This document shows positions 52,613 through 64,000 of a stretch of DNA of 64,000 nt, one piece after another. Numbering within the stretch: position 1 is the first letter of the stretch; every line of letters starts with the position of its first letter. The DNA is taken from contig JBBARR010000001.1 in the NCBI GenBank assembly GCA_040399645.1, positions 91,559 to 155,558 of the forward strand, written 5' to 3'. The position numbers and the translations under genes were made by a program. The DNA comes from Caulobacteraceae bacterium (GTDB lineage Bacteria; Pseudomonadota; Alphaproteobacteria; Caulobacterales; Caulobacteraceae). The notes beneath the pieces were generated by a model. The model saw only the letters and a program-made list of their open reading frames with translations, was not told the DNA's origin and did no database searches.

Positions 52613-53266
52613 TTAAAGGATCGACTGGCCAGTCTTGGCCCAGTCGGCATTGAACTGTTCAAGGCCCCGGTCGGTCAGGGGATGCTTATAGAGCTCCAAG
52701 AACACTGACGGTGGGATGGTCGCGCAGTCGGCTCCGGCCAAGGCGGCGGCCCGGACATGGGCGGCATTACGCACCGAGGCGGCGAGGATGGCCGTGCTGA
52801 AATCATAATTGTCGTAGATGGTGCGAATGTCGTGGATCAGTTCCATGCCATCGGCACCATGGTCATCGAGCCGTCCAATGAAGGGCGAGACAAAGGCCGC
52901 ACCGGCCTTTGCGGCCATCAGGGCTTGGGCTGCGGAGAAGCACAAGGTGACATTGACCATGATCCCTTCGATGGCCAGGGCGCGCGTCAACATCAGCCCT
53001 TCGCGCGTTAGGGGAGCCTTGACCACGACATTGTCGGCAATTGCGGCAAGCTTGCGACCCTCGGCAATCATCGATTCCAGATCGGGCGCGACCACTTCGG
53101 CGCTCACTGGGCCCTCGACGAGCGCGCAAATCTCAGCAATGACCTCCAACATGGGACGTCCAGACTTGGCAATGAGGGTAGGATTGGTGGTAACCCCATC
53201 AACAAGGCCGGTTTGCGCCAGATCCTTCAGGACCGCCGTGTCTGTGGTATCGAGAAAGAGCTGCAT
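52613..53266 (-). CDS. tal: Transaldolase, short type (fructose-6-phosphate aldolase family)
   Basis: 217 aa with [16 protein letters not shown]...GVTTNPTL...[10 protein letters not shown]. Confidence 0.93.
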   Translation of the reverse strand: MQLFLDTTDTAVLKDLAQTGLVDGVTTNPTLIAKSGRPMLEVIAEICALVEGPVSAEVVAPDLESMIAEGRKLAAIADNVVVKAPLTREGLMLTRALAIEGIMVNVTLCFSAAQALMAAKAGAAFVSPFIGRLDDHGADGMELIHDIRTIYDNYDFSTAILAASVRNAAHVRAAALAGADCATIPPSVFLELYKHPLTDRGLEQFNADWAKTGQSIL

Positions 53267-53341
53267 GTTCGAGGGTCCTATGTCGGTTGCGATAATGCTT
53301 TTAAACTGCTTCGCGGCCGTGGGCCATGGCTGCCCGCAATC

Positions 53342-55501
53342 ATGAGCCGCATCGCCGAAATTCTGTTGCCCCTGCCGGTACCCGAGGCCTTCGACTATGC
53401 CGAGCCTGAGGGCATGGACCTGTCGCCCGGTGCCTTAGTGAGCGTGCCGCTCGGCAGCCGGACCCTGACCGGCGTGGTCGCAGCCTTGCGCGACGGCCAA
53501 GGCGCCAATCGCTCCCTCAAGCCGGTCTTGGAACATCTGACCGGACAGGCCTTGCCGCCGACCACCTTGGCCTTCGTGCTCTGGGCCGCGCGCTATAGCG
53601 TTGATGTGCCAGGCGCCGCCCTTTCCATAGCCTTGCGGGGGGCAAGGGCGCCTCGTCCTCGGCAAGAACGGCGGCTTCAGGCCTCTGGTACGGTTCCTGC
53701 GCGCACCACCCCGGCCCGCAGCCGCGTTCTGGCCGCAGCTCACGAGCCTATTTCCGGACCTGATCTGGCCATAGCCGCGCAGGTCTCAGCCGGGGTGATC
53801 AAGGGACTGGTCGATGATGGGGCCCTTACGGTCATCCTCATCGACCCTGATCCGGGCTTTGGGGTTCCAGATCTGACCTTGACCGGCGCCCAACTCAATC
53901 CAAGCCAAGCGGCATCGGCCAAGGTCTTGACCGGTCTGGTTCAGACTGGCGGTTTTTCCGCTGTACTGCTGGATGGGGTAACCGGTTCGGGAAAGACCGA
54001 GGTCTATCTGGAGGCGGCTGCCGCAGCCCTCGCCTCTGACCCCACAGCGCAGGTGTTGGTCTTGCTCCCGGAAATCGCCCTGACCCAAGCGGTGATCGCG
54101 CGCTTTGAGCAGCGTTTTGGCGCACGTCCGGGCGAGTGGCATTCGGCCATCGCCTTGCCTCGCCGCCGCCAGCTTTGGGAAGCTGTCGCTGATGGAACTT
54201 GCCGCATCGTGGTTGGTGCGCGCTCGGCGCTGTTCCTGCCCTTCAGCAATCTCAAACTGATCATTGTCGATGAGGAGCATGACGGCTCCTATAAGCAAGA
54301 AGAGGGCTTCATCTATCAGGCCCGCGATCTGGCCGTGGTCCGCGCCAAGCTGGAAAATGCGCTTGTCGTTCTGGCCTCGGCCACCCCGTCGATGGAGACC
54401 CTGTGGAATGCCGAATCAGGACGCTATCGCTGGCTGAAGCTGTCGGCACGGCACGGGGCAGCGGTCTTGCCAGACATTGATCTGATCGATCTGAGATCAA
54501 CGGTGCTGGAGGCGGGACGATGGCTGTCTTTGCCGCTGGTTCAGGCTATGGCCGAGACCTATGGCCGAGGCGAGCAGACCCTGCTGTTCCTCAACCGCCG
54601 AGGCTATGCGCCGCTGGTTCTTTGCAAAGCTTGCGGTGAGCGGATGACTGCGCCCGATACCGAATCCTGGCTGGTCGAGCATCGCTATACGGGTCGCCTG
54701 ATCTGCCATCTGACCGGCTTTTCGATGCCCAAGCCCAAGACCTGTCCCCATTGCGGCGCGGCCGATAGCCTCGTCTCCATCGGACCGGGGGTCGAGCGGG
54801 TCGAGGAAGAGGTCAAGGAACGGTTCCCCGAAGCGCGGGTTGAGGTCTTTTCCTCCGATACGGTCCACAGCGCTGAGGCAGCGCGTGACCTGGTCGAGCG
54901 CATGACGGCGGGCGAGATCGATATATTGGTCGCCACCCAAGCCGCGGCCAAGGGTCACAACTTTCCGAATTTGACGCTCGTTGGGGTGGTCGATGCGGAC
55001 CTTGGCCTAAGAGGCGGGGACCTGCGGGCAGCGGAGCGGACCTTCCAGCTTCTGGTTCAGGCCAGTGGCCGGGCCGGGCGCCATGAGCGGGCCGGGCGGG
55101 CCCTCTTGCAGACCTATCTGCCTGAACATGAGGTCATGCAGGCGCTCAAGGCCCAAGACCGTGATGGCTTCATGGCCGCGGAAATGGCCGAGCGCGAACT
55201 GGCCAAGCTGCCGCCCTTTGGCCGGTTGGCAGCTGTGATCGCGTCTGGCCCCGATATTCCTGCGCTCGAGGCCTATGTTCAGGCCCTTGCCGCCGCTGTA
55301 CCCAATGCGGAGGGGGTCGAGGTGTTTGGTCCGGCCGATGCCCCGCAGGCTTTGGTGCGAGGCCGTCGACGCAAGCGGTTCCTCGTCCGCGCCGACCGCT
55401 CCGTCGACCTGCAAGGGTTCCTGTCGGCTTGGCGAGCGCGGACCAAGGTGCCCAACTCTGTCCGCGTGGTCTTTGACGTCGACCCCTACAGCTTCCTTTA
55501 A
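53342..55501 (+). CDS. priA: Primosomal protein N' (replication restart helicase PriA)
   Basis: It has [19 protein letters not shown], a Cys-rich zinc region (CKACGERM...CPHCG) and [12 protein letters not shown]. The ATG at 53342 avoids overlap with divergent tal. Confidence 0.95.
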   Translation: MSRIAEILLPLPVPEAFDYAEPEGMDLSPGALVSVPLGSRTLTGVVAALRDGQGANRSLKPVLEHLTGQALPPTTLAFVLWAARYSVDVPGAALSIALRGARAPRPRQERRLQASGTVPARTTPARSRVLAAAHEPISGPDLAIAAQVSAGVIKGLVDDGALTVILIDPDPGFGVPDLTLTGAQLNPSQAASAKVLTGLVQTGGFSAVLLDGVTGSGKTEVYLEAAAAALASDPTAQVLVLLPEIALTQAVIARFEQRFGARPGEWHSAIALPRRRQLWEAVADGTCRIVVGARSALFLPFSNLKLIIVDEEHDGSYKQEEGFIYQARDLAVVRAKLENALVVLASATPSMETLWNAESGRYRWLKLSARHGAAVLPDIDLIDLRSTVLEAGRWLSLPLVQAMAETYGRGEQTLLFLNRRGYAPLVLCKACGERMTAPDTESWLVEHRYTGRLICHLTGFSMPKPKTCPHCGAADSLVSIGPGVERVEEEVKERFPEARVEVFSSDTVHSAEAARDLVERMTAGEIDILVATQAAAKGHNFPNLTLVGVVDADLGLRGGDLRAAERTFQLLVQASGRAGRHERAGRALLQTYLPEHEVMQALKAQDRDGFMAAEMAERELAKLPPFGRLAAVIASGPDIPALEAYVQALAAAVPNAEGVEVFGPADAPQALVRGRRRKRFLVRADRSVDLQGFLSAWRARTKVPNSVRVVFDVDPYSFL

Positions 55502-55513
55502 GCGCAGGCGGGA

Positions 55514-56269
55514 CTATTGTGTTCTGCCGCCTTTCTTTGTCGCAGACGCACTGCGCGCCATCATATTGAGGCCCTCTACCAGCCCAGAGAAGGCCATGGC
55601 GGCGTAGATATAGCCCTTGGGCACATGGTGTCCGAGGCCATCCGCGATAAGGGTCGCACCGATCATCAGTAAGAAGCCCAAGGCCAACATGACGATGGTC
55701 GGATTGTTGTGGATGAAATCAGCCAAGGGATCGGCGGCGACCAGCATAACAATCACCGCAATGATCACGGCAACGACCATGATCGGCAGATGCTCGGTCA
55801 TGCCCACAGCGGTCAAGATCGAATCAACCGAGAAGACGATATCGAGCAACAGGATCTGCACGATGGCGGCGGCGAAATTGGTGGCTACTGGCGCCTTCTT
55901 GTCGAGGATGTCGTCGCTTGGGGCCACGTCGACCGTGTGGTGAATTTCCGTGGTCGCCTTCCAGACGAGGAATAGGCCGCCGACGATCAGGATCAGGTCG
56001 CGCCACGAAATCTCTTGGCCGAGCGCGGTAAAGACCGGCGCGGTCAGGCCGACAATCCAAGCGATGGCGGAAAGGAGTGCCAGGCGCATGATCAGGGCCA
56101 AGCTGATACCAATCCTGCGCGCTCTTTGACGATCAGCCTCAGGCAGCTTGTTCGACAGGATCGAGATAAAAACGAGGTTGTCTATGCCGAGCACCACCTC
56201 CATGACGACCAGCGTCACGAGCGCCGCCCAAGCAGCGGGGCTGGCGGCGAGGGCAATTAAGCTGTCCAT
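55514..56269 (-). CDS. TerC family integral membrane protein
   Basis: It has [12 protein letters not shown] and multiple TM helices including [12 protein letters not shown]. Confidence 0.9.
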   Translation of the reverse strand: MDSLIALAASPAAWAALVTLVVMEVVLGIDNLVFISILSNKLPEADRQRARRIGISLALIMRLALLSAIAWIVGLTAPVFTALGQEISWRDLILIVGGLFLVWKATTEIHHTVDVAPSDDILDKKAPVATNFAAAIVQILLLDIVFSVDSILTAVGMTEHLPIMVVAVIIAVIVMLVAADPLADFIHNNPTIVMLALGFLLMIGATLIADGLGHHVPKGYIYAAMAFSGLVEGLNMMARSASATKKGGRTQ

Positions 56270-56607
56270 CGAGGTGTCCTCATTGTCGTTCGAGGCGCGT
56301 CAAACGCGCGCGGTGGCGGCCAGGTTGTCTATCCTAAGTCGAGACTTCCCTCACGCGAAAGTGCCAACTCAATCCAGACGCGCCTCAGATAGGCACTCGA
56401 ACGTCAAATGGAAGCATTTGCCTTGGTTGCGGCGATTTGGATCGCATGCTATGTCCCGCGCGGCTTTGAGTTGAAGGGCTTTTCGGGGCCTTTTCTCTCT
56501 CGTGTTTCTACGCGCGAAGTCACGCCTTCAGGCACTGACAGGCCCCTACGCTCTGATGACGGACAACGTTCGTTGGCAGGGCATAATCGCATCGGACGGA
56601 TGACTAA

Positions 56608-57162
56608 GTGGCGGACGATTCCAAGACGACGGATGTGGGCGCGCGTTATGCGCAGGCCCTATTTGATTTGGCCAAGGACGGTGATTCGATCACTGCCATT
56701 GAGGCCGATCTAAAGACCTTGAAGGCCATGTTGGCACAGAGCGCTGATCTGCGTCGTCTCCTGCCTTCACCGATCTTTAAGTCTGATGTTAAGGGCAAGG
56801 TGCTTTCGGCTCTCGCCGATGCTGGCGCGTTCAACGCCACCACCAAGAAATTCCTTGGCTTTCTGAGCCAGAATCAACGGGTCGCGGCGCTGGCGTCGAT
56901 CATCACCTCCTTTGAGCAGCTGTCGGCTGCCCATCGCGGCGTGGTGACGGCGGACGTCGTCACAGCAGTGAAGATGACTGCGGCCCAGACCAAGGCTGTC
57001 GCTAGCGCCCTGCAAAAGGCACTTGGCAAGGCTCCTGAAATTGAAACTCGGATCGATCCATCTATTTTGGGTGGAATAAAGGTTCGGGTTGGTTCGCGTC
57101 TGTTCGATGCTTCGCTTCGTTCGAAGCTCGATTCCCTCAAGTTTGCTCTGAAACGGGCATAG
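56608..57162 (+). CDS. atpH: F1 ATP synthase subunit delta (OSCP)
   Basis: It has a GTG start, [11 protein letters not shown], and the C-terminal [25 protein letters not shown]. Confidence 0.93.
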   Translation: MADDSKTTDVGARYAQALFDLAKDGDSITAIEADLKTLKAMLAQSADLRRLLPSPIFKSDVKGKVLSALADAGAFNATTKKFLGFLSQNQRVAALASIITSFEQLSAAHRGVVTADVVTAVKMTAAQTKAVASALQKALGKAPEIETRIDPSILGGIKVRVGSRLFDASLRSKLDSLKFALKRA

Positions 57163-57167
57163 GTTAA

Positions 57168-58715
<1,548 letters not shown>

Positions 58716-58744
58716 GCGCTGAAAGACGGGGAAAGCAACGCCGG

Positions 58745-61085
<2,341 letters not shown>

Positions 61086-61090
61086 AGCCG

Positions 61091-61366
61091 ATGGCCAAGC
61101 TGCACTTCTCGTTGGTCGCGCCTGAGCGCCAGCTGTTCTCAGGCGATGTTGATCAGGTTGACGCGCCAGGGGCCGAAGGCGACTTCGGCGTTCTGGCGGG
61201 CCATGCGCCCTTCATGACCACCCTGCGCGAAGGCGTCGTGACCATCACGGACGGCACCACCCGCCGTGCCTTCACGATCCAAGGCGGTTTTGCCGATGTC
61301 ACCGGCGAAGGCCTGACCATTTTGGCCGAACAGGCTGTCGAGGCTGAGGTTTCAGCGGTTCATTAG
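61091..61366 (+). CDS. atpC: F1 ATP synthase subunit epsilon, short form (beta-sandwich domain only)
   Basis: 91 aa. FSLVAPERQLFSGDVDQVDAPGAEGDFGVLAGHAPFMT is a typical N-terminal domain. The ORF stops about 10 residues after the ILAEQA motif, and a terminator follows about 25 nt later. Confidence 0.9.
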   Translation: MAKLHFSLVAPERQLFSGDVDQVDAPGAEGDFGVLAGHAPFMTTLREGVVTITDGTTRRAFTIQGGFADVTGEGLTILAEQAVEAEVSAVH

Positions 61367-61391
61367 GGCCCTGACCTATCGCAATTAAAGA

Positions 61392-61427
61392 AACCGCCGC
61401 TGGAGCAATCCGGCGGCGGTTTTTGTT
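61392..61427 (+). terminator. Intrinsic terminator of the atp operon
   Basis: ACCGCCGCTGG (61393-61403) pairs with CCGGCGGCGGT (61410-61420), including one G-T pair, followed by TTTTTGTTT. Confidence 0.8.
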
Positions 61428-61730
61428 TGGTGCGCTTTGGTGAGGCTTGTGGTTGAAGAGGTTGATGGTCTGGTCACCTAGCGGCTGCTCAATCCTCTGA
61501 CTCTTTTGTGACTGTTGACCAAGAGCTCGCAACCAGAGCGAAGACTATTGGTGTGGGAACGGTTCCGTTGCTTTGGGCTGCTGCTCAGGAAACTGGAACA
61601 GAGCCGACCAAACTATTGCACCCCCGCGACAAAATCCTGCTTGCGCGCCGAAGCGAAAAAGGGTCTATCGGCCTCGGGCCACGCCTCCCCAACGGGGCGC
61701 TGCTCATCTGTAAGGATGGGAAAGACAGAC

Positions 61731-62903
61731 ATGACAAACCTCGCTAAGCCAGCGATGCGCCCTGCGCGTCCTGAATTTTCTTCCGGACCCTGTGCCAAAC
61801 GGCCGGGATGGAACCTCGACCAACTCTCGAGCGCCGTGCTCGGTCGGTCACATCGTTCAAAACTTGGAAAAGGTCGTCTCAAGGACGCCATTGATCGCAC
61901 CCGTGCGGTTCTGGGCGTGCCTCATGACTATCTGATAGGCATCCTGCCAGCCTCGGATACGGGCGCGGTCGAAGCGGCCATGTGGTCGATGCTAGGCGCA
62001 CGCCCGGTGCAGATGCTGGCCTTTGAAAGCTTCGGCAAGGACTGGGTGACCGATGTGGTCAAGCAGTTGAAGCTGAAGGACACAGAGGTTCTCGACGCCG
62101 ATTACGGCCTTTTGCCCGACCTGAGCAAGGTTCGCGCGGATGCCGATCTGGTCTTTACCTGGAACGGCACGACCTCGGGTGTGCGGGTTCCTAATGCTGA
62201 TTTCATTTCTGCGGACCGCGAAGGCATCACCATCTGTGACGCCACCTCGGCGGCCTTTGCCCAAGATCTCGACTGGGCCAAGCTCGATGTGACCACCTTC
62301 TCCTGGCAAAAGGTTCTGGGCGGAGAGGGCGCTCACGGGATGCTGATCCTATCGCCGCGCGCCGTCGCTCGCCTCGAAAGCTACAGCCCGGCTTGGCCGA
62401 TGCCGAAGATCTTCCGCCTGACCAAGGGCGGCAAGGTCAATGCCGAGATCTTTGAAGGCGCGACCATCAATACCCCCTCCATGCTCTGCGTTGAGGACTA
62501 TCTCGACGCCCTGACATGGTCGGAAAAGATCGGTGGCCTGACTGAGCTTCGTCGCCGCGCCGATGCCAATCTCGGCGTCATTGCCGATTGGGTGGCCAAG
62601 ACCGGTTGGGTCGATTTCCTGCCCGTCGATCCTGCGACCCGCTCCAACACCTCGGTCTGTCTGAAGGTGGTGGATGCCCGCGTCGCGGCGCTCGATGCCA
62701 GTGCGCAGGCTGATTTCGCTAAGAAGTTGGCTAGCTTGCTGGAAAAGGAAGGCGTGGCTCTGGATATTGGCGCCTATCGCGACGCCCCTCCAGGTCTGCG
62801 CATCTGGTGCGGGGCCACGGTTGAGACCTCTGATCTGGACGCCCTCACCCCCTGGCTTGACTGGGCCTTTGCTAGCGTCGCTGACGAGCTTCTGTCCGCC
62901 TAA
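61731..62903 (+). CDS. serC: Phosphoserine aminotransferase
   Basis: The sequence from the ATG at 61731 ([27 protein letters not shown]) matches the ~390-aa alphaproteobacterial SerC type. The 72-codon upstream extension in the track has poor coding character. Confidence 0.9.
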   Translation: MTNLAKPAMRPARPEFSSGPCAKRPGWNLDQLSSAVLGRSHRSKLGKGRLKDAIDRTRAVLGVPHDYLIGILPASDTGAVEAAMWSMLGARPVQMLAFESFGKDWVTDVVKQLKLKDTEVLDADYGLLPDLSKVRADADLVFTWNGTTSGVRVPNADFISADREGITICDATSAAFAQDLDWAKLDVTTFSWQKVLGGEGAHGMLILSPRAVARLESYSPAWPMPKIFRLTKGGKVNAEIFEGATINTPSMLCVEDYLDALTWSEKIGGLTELRRRADANLGVIADWVAKTGWVDFLPVDPATRSNTSVCLKVVDARVAALDASAQADFAKKLASLLEKEGVALDIGAYRDAPPGLRIWCGATVETSDLDALTPWLDWAFASVADELLSA

Positions 62904-62999
62904 ACAAACCTCTGGCCTCGCCCTGACCTGTCTGAGCGCACAATGCGCCGAGGCGGGGCGAGGGCCCATCCCCTTCATCCGACCCTCGGAGATAAAATC

Positions 63000-64000
63000 A
63001 TGGCCCCTCGCGTTCTCATTGCTGATCAACTGTCCCCCGCCGCCGTCAAGATTTTCGAAGCGCGCGGCATTCAAGCCGATGTCATTACCGGCCTGACCAA
63101 GGATCAACTGCTCGAGATCATTGGTCAATATGATGGTCTCGCCGTCCGTTCCGCCACCAAGGCCGACAAGGATGTCATAGCCAAGGCCGAGAACCTCAAG
63201 GTCGTTGGCCGCGCCGGTATTGGTGTCGACAATGTCGATATCCCCGCCGCCACCGCTGCTGGTGTCGTGGTCATGAACACCCCCTTCGGCAACTCGATCA
63301 CCACGGCCGAGCACGCCATCGCCATGATGTTCGCTCTGGCCCGCCAACTGCCTGCCGCCGATCTGTCGACGCAAGCTGGCAAGTGGGAAAAGAACCGCTT
63401 CATGGGGATCGAGCTCTATAGCAAGACCCTTGGCCTGATCGGTTGCGGCAATATTGGCGGCATTGTCGCCGACCGCGCCAATGGCCTGAAGATGAAGGTC
63501 ATTGCCTATGACCCGTTCTTGTCGCCTGAGCGCGCCGTCGAGATCGGCGTCGAGAAGGTTGAGCTGGACGAGTTGTTGGCCCGCGCCGAAGTCATCACCC
63601 TGCACACCCCCCTGACCGACAAGACCCGCAATATCTTGAGCGCCGAGAACCTCGCCAAGACCCGCAAGGGCGTGTTCATCATCAACTGCGCACGCGGTGG
63701 CCTCGTCGACGAAGCGGCTCTGAGGGCCGGTCTGGACAGCGGCCATATTGGCGGCGCGGCCTTTGACGTCTTTGTCGAAGAGCCTGCCAAGTCGAACGTG
63801 CTGTTTGGCCATCCTAACTTTATCGCCACACCTCATCTGGGTGCGTCGACGGCGGAAGCTCAAGAAAATGTTGCATTGCAGGTCGCTGAACAGATGGCCG
63901 ACTATCTGCTGACCGGTGCGGTCTCTAACGCCTTGAACAGCCCTTCGGTCAGTGCGGACGAAGCGCCAAAGCTGAAGCCCTTTATCGCCTTGGCCGAAAA
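63000..64000 (+). CDS. serA: D-3-phosphoglycerate dehydrogenase, 3'-partial (runs off the window)
   Basis: My own translation from the ATG at 63000 gives MAPRVLIADQLSPAAVKIFEARGI...GRAGIGVDNVD...LGLIGCGNIGG...CARGGLVDE...PHLGAST. It is absent from the ORF track because no stop lies in the window. Confidence 0.93.
   Translation, partial: MAPRVLIADQLSPAAVKIFEARGIQADVITGLTKDQLLEIIGQYDGLAVRSATKADKDVIAKAENLKVVGRAGIGVDNVDIPAATAAGVVVMNTPFGNSITTAEHAIAMMFALARQLPAADLSTQAGKWEKNRFMGIELYSKTLGLIGCGNIGGIVADRANGLKMKVIAYDPFLSPERAVEIGVEKVELDELLARAEVITLHTPLTDKTRNILSAENLAKTRKGVFIINCARGGLVDEAALRAGLDSGHIGGAAFDVFVEEPAKSNVLFGHPNFIATPHLGASTAEAQENVALQVAEQMADYLLTGAVSNALNSPSVSADEAPKLKPFIALAE

Noticed and set aside
56270-56420. 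yybP-ykoY (Mn) riboswitch in the leader of the TerC-family gene.
   Set aside because: Loose matches (GAGGGAAGUC, AUAGACAACC, UUUGACG) occur in the wrong order relative to the GGGGAGUAG ... UUGACA ... AGCAAGACC consensus. Only a short GC hairpin lies ahead of the Shine-Dalgarno. A covariance-model scan would be needed.
61428-61730. A 72-codon N-terminal extension of serC and the 79-aa ORF 61508..61747. An 11-bp palindrome GGAACGGTTCC lies at about 61557.
   Set aside because: Codon bias in the extension is poor. SerC homologues start near MTNLAKP, with a Shine-Dalgarno-like GGATGGGA upstream. The palindrome is a single occurrence with no supporting context.
62349-63863. A 504-aa minus-strand ORF spans serC, the intergenic gap and serA.
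   Set aside because: It is antisense to two well-supported genes. It has a low-complexity Gly/Asp/Ala/Leu-rich composition typical of GC-bias shadow ORFs, the kind sometimes mis-annotated as NAD-specific glutamate dehydrogenase. It has no start context.

Overview
This 64-kb window looks like an alphaproteobacterial chromosome with visibly GC-rich third codon positions. The taxon is inferred from gene content only: CpdR, RcdA/DUF1465 with DUF1192, a Caulobacter-type ~28-kDa flagellin, an atpHAGDC operon without F0 genes, and ethylmalonyl-CoA pathway genes. Most of the window is core housekeeping. It holds rpsT-dnaA-dnaN-recF-gyrB, fpr, recQ, an ethylmalonyl-CoA/malate cluster (ccr, ecm, a CitE-like malyl-CoA enzyme, mch, mdh), tRNA-Val(GAC), cpdR, typA, rpe, purH, sucCDAB-lpdA, xerC with DUF484, tal, priA, a TerC-family gene, atpHAGDC, serC and the 5' part of serA. 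I see no CRISPR array, transposase, integrase, prophage or recognisable defence or toxin-antitoxin system. Two patches look accessory. The first (about 21.8-25.0 kb) has two GNAT genes, a PhoD-like phosphatase and an untracked 56-codon ORF. It also has several palindromic repeat families, including a 97-bp element present twice that brackets one GNAT gene next to tRNA-Val. The second (about 36.9-42.8 kb, between purH and sucC) has an orphan flagellin with atypical codon usage, a membrane-tethered LytTR regulator and a small membrane protein. It ends with a 1125-aa protein fusing GH18-like, CE4 deacetylase and processive GT2 synthase modules, which is the best candidate for something poorly described. 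A strong minus-strand intrinsic terminator with no gene to terminate (26532-26560) suggests an unannotated sRNA with an anti-Shine-Dalgarno stretch. All functional calls rest on motif and family recognition by eye, since no searches were run. Many long antisense ORFs in the track are GC-bias shadows and were discarded.
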